45,887 nt of DNA from Rozella allomycis CSF55 (taxonomy: Eukaryota), in the NCBI GenBank assembly GCA_000442015.1, contig KE560841.1:1-45887 (forward strand), given 5' to 3'. Both the position numbers and the translations under genes were made by a program. This document shows, piece after piece, positions 1 through 11,600 of the stretch. The notes under the pieces were generated by a model. The model was given only the letters and a program-made list of their open reading frames with translations. It searched no databases and was not told the DNA's origin. Within the stretch, counting starts at the first letter, position 1. Every line of letters starts with the position of its first letter.

Positions 1-183
1 ACGCAAAAATGCAAATTAAAATTACAACCAACAGTCGATATTATACTCAAATAATAAACCATGATTTAATAATGATCAAATATCGTAAAACAGCACCAAT
101 ATTTCAAGTTTTTCGTTATAAAAGTGTTTTGCAATGTCGCCGTCCCATTTTGTAGATTTCGTAAATGGGACGGCGGGTAACGA

Positions 184-1083
184 NAATCAATCAGTGCTTC
201 GACTTTAAATTTATCGGTGGATAAAATAACAGTAAAATGTTCATTGCCTTCCAGATGATTTGAAGAAAGAAGATAATTAGAATTATTTTTTATATCACTA
301 CGAGAATTATAAGAGCAATTACGTGCAATATCCACTTTGGCGACATTTAAAACATCTTCCCTCCTTCCTACAACGTTCACGTTCTTCCATGGTAAGTTTA
401 GTCAACTTTCGAGTGGCATCTAAGATCATTGGTGTTGTATTATCAGGAATTGTCAACGTATCTCGAAACATTTCGTCACGATGTTTTCGCTCATCAATCT
501 TCATTATCAAATCATAGAATTCAGAAATGGTCTCGGGTTCATCAAAATACTTCAAATGGGTCTTAACATCGTTATTAACAGCTTGATATACAAACGCTTT
601 GATTGCTTCATCATTAAAACCAGACATTAGTGCTAATCGCTGAAATTCTGCGATAGTTGCCGCCACGGAACGCTTGCCTTGCCTAATGTTCATGATTTCT
701 CTCTGTGCGGTGATTTTATTTTCCTTCAATCCTAATTGACGCTTTAGTTTGCTTTGAAATTCGTCACAAGTCCCACTCACTTCATTTGTAATCCAATAAG
801 AATCTAGCCATTTAGCAGCTGACCCACGTAAGTATGAAGCCGCGAAGATTACTTTCAATCTGTCGGATGAGAATTTTTCTTTCTGCGCTTCAAATACAAA
901 GTTGATCTGACGGAGAAATGAAGGTAACTTTTTCGAATCCCCAGTAANCCATTTAGCAGCTGAGCCACGTAAGTATGAAGCCGCGAAAATTACTTTCAAT
1001 CTGTCGGATGAGAATTTTTCTTTCTGCGCTTCAAATACAAAGTTGATCTGACGGAGAAATGAAGGTAACTTTTTGGAATCCCA
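184..1083 (-). mobile_element. Ty3/gypsy gag (retrotransposon gag domain, degenerate zinc knuckle) and start of aspartyl protease, fragmentary
   Basis: ORF 319..999 has FAASYLRGSAAKW, QGKRSV..Y/I..F and PMILDA motifs plus CFKCRQSGY knuckle; next frame ends VEALID (protease-like) at N184. Internal duplication across N948. Confidence 0.85.
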
Positions 1084-1086
1084 ANG

Positions 1087-1591
1087 ATTCTCATCCCACG
1101 TCTTAGAATAATTATCATAGAGAGGTACCGGCAGAATTCTTACCTACCGAAGAGAGATTAATCACTCCGTTGCGGATACGACGAGGATGACGGGGACCTT
1201 ACTCCCGAAGTTGACACCGCTAAAGTAGTTGAGAGCTTCCGATTGAGAACGAGCCGTTCGTATGGCAGAGAATGTCAGAGTCCCTAGACAAAGACATCAA
1301 CAACCTACAAGAAGAGATTTCTCAGAGCATGAGAAGTCTTGAGTTATTAGAGGATGCTCCAGCAACCAGAGAAACCGCAGGTTCCGTACCTGTTAGGGTA
1401 AATTATTTCCCCGCGCCACTATAAAGAAATAACTTAAGAAAAGACTTTTGTTAACTGAGTTAACAAGACTGAAGTCTTGTTTCCTCCACTTTATTTATAA
1501 GATAATACTTTAGCTTCCATCATCTAGAATCTCTGGAATGATCTTCGGAAATCTCAAAGACACTTTCTTGGATCTCAAACAATTCTTTACA
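1087..1591 (-). repeat. LTR of the chromovirus, preceded by polypurine tract at 1592-1605
   Basis: Minus strand reads cagggaggggataa|TGTAAAG right after the chromodomain (PPT then TG start). Distal end is cut by N1085 and matches 3136-3174. Confidence 0.7.
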
Positions 1592-3086
1592 TTATCCCCT
1601 CCCTGTGGCAGATTCCGTCTGTTCTTTCTGTGATATTCAGAGATCAAGGTTTCAGTTAAAAGAGGATTATCGAAAGGTTCCCAAGAACGATCAGAAGGAT
1701 GCATGTTCTTCCAATGAATCAAATAATACAATTTATCCCCTATAAATTTTGAATCTACAATATAGTCTATGGACAATACTGGAGAATCTGACACAACATT
1801 TAAATCACCTATTCCCCTCGCCTTTTCTCTTTGATTAAAAGATGAAATATGACATGGTTCTAACAATGATATATGAAAAACATCAAAAATCTTATATTCT
1901 CGTGGTAATTGTAAACGGTAACAAGCAGGATTAATTTTTTCCGAAATCTTAAATGGTCCAACGAATTCATGATCCAATTTTCTGCAAGGTCTCTTCAACT
2001 TCAAGTTTGTGGTTCTCAAGAAAACCTTATCCCCGACAATAAATTCAAATTCTTTTCTCTTTCTATTTGCAACTTCCTTTTGTCTTTCTTGAGCTTGATT
2101 CAGTGACAGCGTTAACAATTGTTGTACCTGTTGAATATCATAAACCAGCATCTCGGCTTTAGGCACTTTTTGTTGATTATCAATCGTCACATTCATACGA
2201 GGGTGAAAGCCATAATTTGCAAAAAACGGTGACATGCCAGTAGAAGAATGAATACTGTTATTGTAGCAAAATTCAGCGTATGTAAGAAATCTTATCCAGT
2301 CATTTTGTTCAAAATTGATATAAGCACGCAGATAATGTTCCAACGTTTGATTGGTCCTTTCTGTCTGACCATCGGTCTGAGGGTGGTAAGCTGAGGACAA
2401 CTTAATTTTGCAACCTAGTAATTCGAAGAACCTATTCCACAGTCGAGAAATAAATTGTGGTCCCCTATCCGAGATTATTTCATTGGGTACACCATGTAAG
2501 CGGACAATATGCTTTACAAACAATTCTGCTGTTTCTGAGGCTGAAATGGTCTTTTTACAAGGAATAAAGTGAGCCATCTTAGATCGTCTGTCAACTATTA
2601 CTAAAATACAATTTTGGTATTGTGAGGTTGGTAGATCGGTAATAAAATCTAACGTGACTGATTCCCAATTTCTCTCTGCTATAGGTAAAGGTTGTAGTAG
2701 TCCAAATGGAGCATGTTTGGGTTTCCGGATACGCGAACTTGTGTCACAGCTGGAAATATATCTCTTTACATCTGACATGAGTGAAGGCCAATAATAATTC
2801 CGGTTAACTAGGTTTACTGTCTTTGTTATACCAAAATGTCCACCTAACAAGCTATCATGACAATCATATAAAATCTGTTGTCGCAACGTACAATTGGGAA
2901 TATACAACTGTTGGTTATGATATAAAATGTCATCTTTAAATTTAAACTTAGAAGTCGCAATGTTCTTATGTGTTTTTTGAATTTATTGATAAAAGTGTCA
3001 TTTGGTAATAAATTACGAATCATATTAAAATAGTTTTCCGAATCAGAAGATACCTTGAAAGAGGTTAGAAATTGTTCTTTTGGAAT
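1510..3086 (-). mobile_element. Ty3/gypsy chromovirus integrase with GPY/F motif and C-terminal chromodomain
   Basis: H..GGHFG zinc domain (CDTS, second Cys lost), TLDFI, ISDRGPQF, HPQTDGQTER, FVGPF, YYLIHWKN..SWEP; truncated upstream at N3087. Confidence 0.95.
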
Positions 3087-3862
3087 NGCTAATTAAGATC
3101 CGTCAGGATTAGGAGATCCTTTGAAAATTATGACTCCTCTCTTTGATAATTAATGTAAGACGTGGGATGAGAATTACTGGTACAACACTCTCCTCTATTC
3201 AATTTTTGGCTTGCTCACGCTCGCCATGTATGGAGGAATGATCAAATTTTCTTGGCTCGCGATAGCAGGCCAACAGCTCACTTCGTTTGCTGTTCTCGCT
3301 TCGCTCGCCTGTATGGCCTATGGATTATGATCACCAAATATGGCTGGCTAGGAGCTTGCTTAACCTCGCGGAGCTCACTTCGTTCGCCTGGCTCGCTTGC
3401 GCGCGCGAAAAACTGGGGCGCCTTTTTATGCTATCCCCTCTCCTGTTCCCTCTCTCTTCTTCCCCCTCTCCCCTCCCCTTATCCCCTTACGCCGCGCGGG
3501 CTCATGTGATGGCAATTGGCAGGTGTGAACTTGTACCCCTTAGAACCCCGCTGGAGTAACTAACAGTCAATACACTACATTAACTATACGTGTACTGACA
3601 CTTTGGTCCTTGCAGGTTTGCGCTGGCTTCCTGTTTCCGCTAGTAGCCAGCTTTACACTGCTAGTCTTTTGGCACAAAGTCATTTGATGATCTTGCTTGG
3701 CAACTTTGCGTGTAGTCTATACTGTACATGCCCAAGTCGCGACCCCATGGAGCAAATGCCCGTCTGATTCCGCACACTAGTTTCCACATCTAGTAGTAGA
3801 TTACACCCTATGTAACAATCTTTTAACAGAACCTATTGGCAAGAAAATAAAATATCTTTTAT

Positions 3863-4873
3863 TTAGAATATGAACACTTTTTTGAAATTTTCTTTCATTC
3901 TAATTCCATTTGGAACTTTATCAAGCAATGTATAATCTGCCGAATTTTCGTCTGCGATTTTCAACTTTAGATATTTGCTATATAATGTAAAAATAATAAA
4001 GCCCATCTCTTTTAACATGGTAGCCATAATGTCAACGCAAACATTCCTCCACATCTCAAATGCCCATGAGTTGGTATATTCCAGACGATGGAGAAACAAA
4101 AAGGTGCGGCAGTTGGAAAATTTAGCCTCAAGTAAAGTATGAGTAAGAACAAATGCCAATTGTTTCCAATTCAAGATACCTCTATAAACATGCATACTAT
4201 CAATTCCACCAAGATGCGTCATATCCGGTTTGTAAAACGAGTAATCAAAATCAATGACAATTATTTTAACCGGAATTTTCAATTTCTGTCTATTTAAAAC
4301 ATCAGCGAATTTTTGCATAAAGTTTGTGCTTAACTTCCTGCTTCTAGAGCATATTCTTAGGTAGCTTCGTAAAAGCAATCGCTTCAAAATATAATTATTG
4401 ATATCTTCAGTTGTAATTGGGAATTTTGATGAGTTTAGGCAAAAAGAGGAGTTGTACAAATAACTGTTAGCTTGACTTTGACAGGCTTGATTATGAGTGT
4501 TGTCAATCTTTTTCTGCCATACCGCGCTCTTTTTTAATTCTTTTTGTTTCCTTATTTCGCTTGGTAGTAAAAACGTGGCATCAAAATCAAGTTGACGTTG
4601 AAAGGTATTTTTTGCTTTCGGATTTCTTGTGGACTCTTTAAGACTTTCTTTCATTTTCAAGACAAAGGAGTTTCTCCTCTCTAACTCCTCTCTGTCAAAT
4701 GGTTTAAATTGTAGTGGAGTGAGAATCAATCTTTGCTGTTTAGTTTTCGACTTTCTTTGCGTACTTCTACCTAGTTGATACATCCGATTATCTTGATTTT
4801 CTTTTATGGGGGTGGTGAAAAAAGGGCTAGTTTTGGCATTGTTTTCAAATATCTGGTTCACGTTTTTTGGCAT
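3863..4873 (-). CDS. Hypothetical protein, 336 aa, single exon
   Basis: Long uninterrupted ORF; basic low-complexity N-terminus, globular-looking C-terminus; family not recognised. Confidence 0.6.
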   Translation of the reverse strand: MPKNVNQIFENNAKTSPFFTTPIKENQDNRMYQLGRSTQRKSKTKQQRLILTPLQFKPFDREELERRNSFVLKMKESLKESTRNPKAKNTFQRQLDFDATFLLPSEIRKQKELKKSAVWQKKIDNTHNQACQSQANSYLYNSSFCLNSSKFPITTEDINNYILKRLLLRSYLRICSRSRKLSTNFMQKFADVLNRQKLKIPVKIIVIDFDYSFYKPDMTHLGGIDSMHVYRGILNWKQLAFVLTHTLLEAKFSNCRTFLFLHRLEYTNSWAFEMWRNVCVDIMATMLKEMGFIIFTLYSKYLKLKIADENSADYTLLDKVPNGIRMKENFKKVFIF

Positions 4874-4888
4874 TCCGAAATATCAGAT

Positions 4889-5590
4889 ATGGAATCAGAA
4901 TTTGTTCACAAAGTTTACAACACTATTGCCCCGCATTTTAGTGAGACTAGATATAAAGCGTGGCCGGTGATAGAAAATTTTTTGAAAAGCCAACCTATAG
5001 GATCACTTGGTGGAGATATCGGTTGCGGGAACGGAAAATATTTCAATATACGAAATGATGTTAATATAATAGGATGCGATAGGTAAGTTATTTCTTAGTT
5101 TTATTATTAGGAGTGAAAATCTTATAAAGATAGCTAATCAGAGAAGGCCATTTACATTTGTTTGTGATGCTTTGAATCTACCATTTAAGAGTGACATATT
5201 TGATTTCGTTATAAGTATTGCTGTTATCCATCATTTTTCAACGGCCGAAAGAAGGCGCAAAGCGATAGAAGAAATACTAAGGGTACTAAGATGTGGTGGT
5301 GAAGCATTGATATTTGTGTGGGCATTTGAACAGGAAGGAAAAAGAAAATTTGCCGAGCAAGATTGTCTAGTCCCTTGGAGACTGCAGAAACAATTTGATG
5401 AAAACGGAGAAGAGAAGGTTTTGCAAAGGTATGTTATAGAAATGGTCAAAAGTCTAGATACTATCATTTATTCAAAAAAGATGAACTGCACAATTTGGTC
5501 GAGGCTGTAATTCTGGATAATAATCGAGTTAAAATTTTGGAGACTGGTTATGATCGAGATAACTGGTTTATTAGAATAACAAAAGAATAG
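4889..5590 (+). CDS. TRM9: tRNA wobble-uridine carboxymethyl methyltransferase (Trm9/ALKBH8 MTase domain); introns 5083-5110 and 5429-5457
   Basis: VHKVYNTIAPHFSETRYKAWP, DIGCGNGKY, ISIAVIHH; splicing restores GCDRSENL and QRYYHLFKKDEL...YDRDNW. Confidence 0.93.
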
Positions 5591-5618
5591 AATAAATTAA
5601 ATCAAGGAGACTAATTCT

Positions 5619-8600
5619 TTATTTAATGCGCTCTTCTTTTGGTTTAAAGAACTCTTCTGCTTTTTGCCTTCGTTCGTAGGAGAGAATAAGTTTGTCTTTA
5701 ACGTGTTGAGGAACCTATATATTTCATTTTAAAAATATACTTTGGACAACAGAGGAAGTGCATCTGAATTAGGGTCTAATTTCAGGGGCTGCCTGTTGTG
5801 AAACCATTTCATGGAAGAATGTGCCACCTGTTTAGGTATTGCAGGAGGTCTAACAGTAAACGATGAAATGTTGATATCTGAAATAAGAGGCTATAATGAA
5901 TGATGTTAGCCTTTACTTGAAAAGGTGGAATATAAGGAAATAGATGATTCTTTTCATTCATTCTGATTATGGGTTTTAGCACTTTCCACAACATATCGTT
6001 GTGATCACAATATTCATTATTATAGAGTAATGTATCCAGTGAGTGATCATTCTTTATAGAAATAGAGCCTAGTTTTTACCTGAATGAATTTCCTTATCAT
6101 GTCCAACTTTTCATTGACTTTAACTGAGCCTTTGTAGACAATACTAAACGTTTTGTTTAATTCAGATAACAGAACTGAAATATTAACGGTAATGTCGCCA
6201 GCAGTTTCACTCTATTTTGAAAAAGGATTTTAATTTTTACTCTGAAATGAACAGTGATGATTTTGGACTCTGATGGTTGAATAACAAATTCTTTTGGCTC
6301 AACAAAGGAAGCTAATTGATTTTTGCCGTCTAAAATTTTGATTGTGACGATTGTATTTCCAGTGTTGACAATTGTAAAAGATTCTCTGACAGTGATGCCT
6401 TTTGAAACAAAAAAATAAAAGTACCTTCTGTTATGATTTGCTTTATAATATTTTCATTTTCCAAATCAATGTGTGAGAATTCAATTGAACAAATTCCTGA
6501 TTTTCCTCTAAATTCTTTTGCGGCGATCATTGTGTTGATTGAAGAAAAAGCATTTATTTTGAAATCAAAAGTATCACCTAAAGAACAAATGGGTGAATAG
6601 TATAATTGAACTGGCCTTGTCTCATTTGGTTTTATATTTTCAATTGATGTAATCAAGTTGGAGTCTATTTTGAAATCTACTATGCTCATATCACATTCAC
6701 TGTTTGTTGCTGAATAATACATTTACCTTTTATTAATGAAATTAAATGATAGACAAATTGGAACAGAAAGATCAACGAGGCCTAAATCTAATGGATCAAA
6801 AGGTGGCTTAGTTTCAATGGAACCCAAGTAATCCACACACTTTCCCTTTAATGGAACGTGATACTCTTTATTTTCTAATTCAACGCATAACAAGCTATGG
6901 TGGATAAGAGCTGAATTTGATTTGAAACTTACTGGAACCAATAGTTCCTGTTTTGGTTGAATTGTCCCTTGAGTGTTTTGTATTTGAAACACTTGATTTT
7001 CATTTTGCTTTAAGTAGACTGAAAAATGTTTATCTGTGCAAGTTAAATTAGTCCATTTGAATGTTTGTGACATTTCCGTGCCGATGAAACAAACACCAAA
7101 ATCAATTTCTTTAAAATCTTTTTCGTCAATTGGTTTCTTATATTATAGATATAAAACAATTACATCGGCTTGAGTACAAAATATTTCAATCTTTTGATGA
7201 CAATTTAGGTAATTTAATTCCAAGAAAGTCTTAATCGAGTTCTTTTCAAGTTTCTCTTGGCACGGTAGAATAGATACATCAATAAAATTAATAGCACATG
7301 GATTGACAAGTAAATTTCTTTGAACTTTTAATTGCTACAGAAAGTTGTGATCGAATTGTTTACTTTATGTGTAGACAGGATTTCAACGTTAATTTCAACG
7401 TTGTTATCATTTTTAATTCCAATTTTTAATGTTTTTTCATCAAATAATCCCTTTTTTGAATAGCGAATCTTTTTACGATTGAACCGAAATCAATCAAGGA
7501 AATTTCGGAATTTAGTTCATCGAGTATTTTCAAATGATTAATAAAACATTTATATTTTATTGGAATTGTAAAGCTGCTGGAGTTTTGTATGGATATATTT
7601 AGTATGGAGTAGTTTTCAACCAGAAGATTTTCATTAAATGATTTTGGTTGAAATGCTATTTCAACTGTGTGTTGATTATTCTTTTTCATTCCCAAAGCAA
7701 AATCTGTTTCATTAATGCGGAAATAATCGTTCTGACAATTTAAAGACAAATTAACTTCTAGTGGTGCATCTCCATCGTTTATTATAGGAAATTCGACAGA
7801 TTTTGATTCGCCAAATAAAATATTTGTGAAATCTAATAGTTGTGGTAAGATTTCTTCTTTTATTTTTAATAAACACCCATAAACTTTACAAAGAATTGAA
7901 TCGGTTGTTGTTTTAGATTTAACAATCAATTTTCTGACATTTTCTTTTAATTTTAACACTTTGCATTTAACGTTTATTATTTTTTCTTGTTTAGACGGAA
8001 TAATTCCATTCATTTCATCGAGTATAGAAAATGGATTATTCAAAGTTGAATCCCACGTCAATTCATATGTACAAACTCCACTTCCGACATTCTTCAATAC
8101 AAAAAACGCGTCACCAAAACTATCTTTTGATATACTTCCAAAATCTACAGAATTATTTTCAATGACTAAATTTGGTATTCCAGTTGAAGCTTTCCACACA
8201 AACCTACAAATTTCATCAAAGTCTTCTAATTGAACCTTTCTCTACAATGACAAATATCTTACTTTGGCTTCAACAATAACAACAACGTCTCTAAATAGAT
8301 CATCCTCCTTGTCTAACGCTTTATAATTGAAACAAATTTCTTTTGAACCCTCTGCTGGTATAATCCCCTCTGGATTTTCTACTTTAAACATTTCATTCAA
8401 TTCTTCTTTGGTTAGTTCAACCCTTGGCAACTCTGATTCAGAATTTTCGTTCAGTTTATTTTGTGAGTTCATTTTCGCTATAGAATTTTGTGAATTCAAT
8501 TTAGATGTAGAATTTTCTGCCAATTTATTTTCTGAGCCCTTCTTCTTATTCTTCTTTTTCTTTTTTACAACTTCTGGCTCTGGAAATAACAATGAAATTC

Positions 8601-11600
8601 TATATTCTACATCAGAACTTCCAAAATTTAAAATAGATCTCTTTTCAGATTTCAAAGATTCAAGATCTATTCTTTCCATAACAATAGAATTTGTATCTTC
8701 CATTTGTATTTGTTCTTCAAAGGCTCTGAAATTGGCTGAAAATTCTCTGGTGATATCAAATTCTAGTACTTTAAATATGATCTGTATCACTGTGTAATGT
8801 ATGGATTACCTTAACAGAAAGTTTGTCTGACTTGCTTGGAGATGCGGTTAATCTAAAAATAGATGTGGCGCGTGGATCCAATTTGAAGGACTCGACATTA
8901 GCGTTTGAATTAACAAAATATTCAAAAACATCAGAGTCAAAAGAAACAGATACGAGAATAGTAAATGGAAAATCACCGTTATTTGCGATTGACAACTGTC
9001 TCTCTTGAGATTCCAAAACACGCATGTTTGTAAAGTTTAGTTGCCCTTGAATGTTTAGTAAAACTTTTCCAATTTCACAATGAATGGGAATGCTAGAAGA
9101 TTCATAATCCTGAACAAGTATTAACAAAGGATAATCTATCGTTTCTCTCTTTATCGGATTAACTTTAAGGACAAATTCTAATCTCTCTGATGGTTGGATC
9201 ACCATAGAATCTATAGAATTCTTAATGACTAATTCATTGTTGTATATTTCTAATTGGTCACTTGGAAGTTCAAATGATATTGAACCAGGACAGGATCCAA
9301 TGTTCTTTAAACTAAATTTTACATTTATTGGACTATCAATTAAAACAATTCGTAAATCTAAAATAGTGGTTTCTGTTATGATTCTAGGTGCTCCTCATTC
9401 ACCCTCAACAAGTAAAGATTCAGAAAACTTTTCCCATTTTAATAAATACTTGACAGAATATTTTAATACTTCTTTTGGCATAAAAATCATTGCTAATGGA
9501 AAAGATTGGCCTGTTGTTATAATAGTCCAACTTTACCTGGTGAAATTGAACCTTCCATTGCACTTAGATCAAAAGGGAAATAGTCATTTGGATTCTTTCT
9601 AGTGAATGGAGACGTTATAGTAAATTTTTCAATAAATTCGCCTTTAAAGTTAGTGAGGATTCATTTACCTTGATTTACAATGTTTAAAGAAAGAGTTTTA
9701 GATTGTTTTCTTGCAACAAGAGAAAAGTTTAATGTTGATGGCTGGAATGCCAATTTGCTAACTCCAACTTGGCCACAAAGAGAAAATCTGCCAATGTAAT
9801 GAGAATTGCCTAGGAATGGTTGAACTATTAAAAGTACCAGTAATTTCAAACACTGAAGAATAAGAGCCACTTTGAATTGCACTAAAGAAAGATCCAACGG
9901 AAATTGATTGATTTGGTTGAATTAAAATGTCATCATTAGTTAATGTGAAGCATTTAAACTTTTTATCAACAACGCCAACAGGTATAACATCCAAATCACT
10001 TAATCTGTTAATTTTAATGAATGCATCTAAATTTCCTTTATTTTTAAGAGAAATAACAAATTTAGATTCTGACTTTTGAGCTGGTCTAATCACCCCCAAA
10101 TTAAATTTCGGAATTTGAGTTTCATTTGTTTTAAACAAATTTAAAGATTCTTTCAACTTTGAATAAACTAAACGCATGTGATCAGAATTTGGAATTAAAG
10201 AAGAGAGAATAGATTCAATTCTATCAATAATCGAGGAAGAATTCAGCTCATCTAAATCTATTTTGATATTTATTTCATTTAAGATATCTTTTAAATTTCT
10301 TTTAATTAAATCAAAATCTAGAGGATGAGATAATTCATTTGGAATTTCTTTCATCAAATTTTCCATTTCAATTATAAATTGGCCGCCAGAGAATGTAATC
10401 AATCCATTTATTTCTTCGCCATCAGGTGTAATCAAGGTATAGCAAACAGAAACTGGAATGTTGAAATCTCTTGGCTGCACAATGAAATCAACTTGAACAT
10501 TCCCATTAGCTGGAATTGCATAATTTAAATTCTCAACAAATGCTAAATCAAATACTTCAATATCAACCTTGTCTCCATTAATTAATGGCGAATGTAAAAT
10601 AGTTTTAAATTTCAATAATTTTGAACTCGTATTTCTCACATTGATTGATTTTGTATGTTTTATTCCAACTTCAACAATTCCATATTCAATCAACGAATCA
10701 TTTTCATCAATCTTCATGAATGGCAATCCAACAATGCCAGAACACATTATAGATCTCACACCCACATCAGTTTCAAAGTATATTGTTGTGTTTAGTGGAT
10801 CAAAATCATTTGGATTAAAACTAACGTTGATTGAAATAGAACCACCTTCAGGAACTACACCACTAAAGGGTTCTATAATCAATACAGAATTGGTGCATTG
10901 AAAGTGGCATTCCGCATCTCCACTATTTGTTGCAATTACACTGAAAGTTCTTTTGTTTCTTAAATAAACAACTCCAAAATCAATTGTCAAAATATTCAAA
11001 TTAAAATTTGGTTTTCCCACAGACACCATCAATGGAATCTTCTTTTCTTCCCAATATCCACCAGGGATTGTTTCATACTTGAAAATTAAATGGGAAGAAA
11101 TATTATTCATTTTCTATCATTTCTATTTATTGTGTGACATACTTGCTTGGCGTAACATTCAATTTGAAATTCAATAGATTTACCAGATTCTAAAATACCA
11201 TCCAATTCGTTTGGATCTTCACTCTGATTAATTTTAAAAATATTGTTTTGTTGAAATAATTGAATTGAGAAATTTGAATTTAGAAATCCTCTATTCGAAA
11301 TCGTTACATTTTTCTGGACTGTCTTTCCAAGTATTACTTTTCCAAATGATATTTTATCATCAATCGTCAACTCTGCACTTGCCCCCGTCCCTAAATAATT
11401 CAGCCTTTTTAATAAAGTTACCTATCAATTGAATCACAGTTTTCCCGTAATTGTGAAGAAAAACTGCTTCACCTTTTCACATTCTATTAATAGATTTACC
11501 CCTGTATTGTGTTTGTGGTCTCACTGGATGGAATTCAACTTGAATTGAAATCTTTCATTCTATATAATACTGAATCTTACCTTTTGTCCAGATTCAATCA

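Noticed and set aside
808-1083. ~135-nt direct duplication within gag
   Set aside because: Bounded by N948 and N1085 and nearly identical; contig-overlap artefact.
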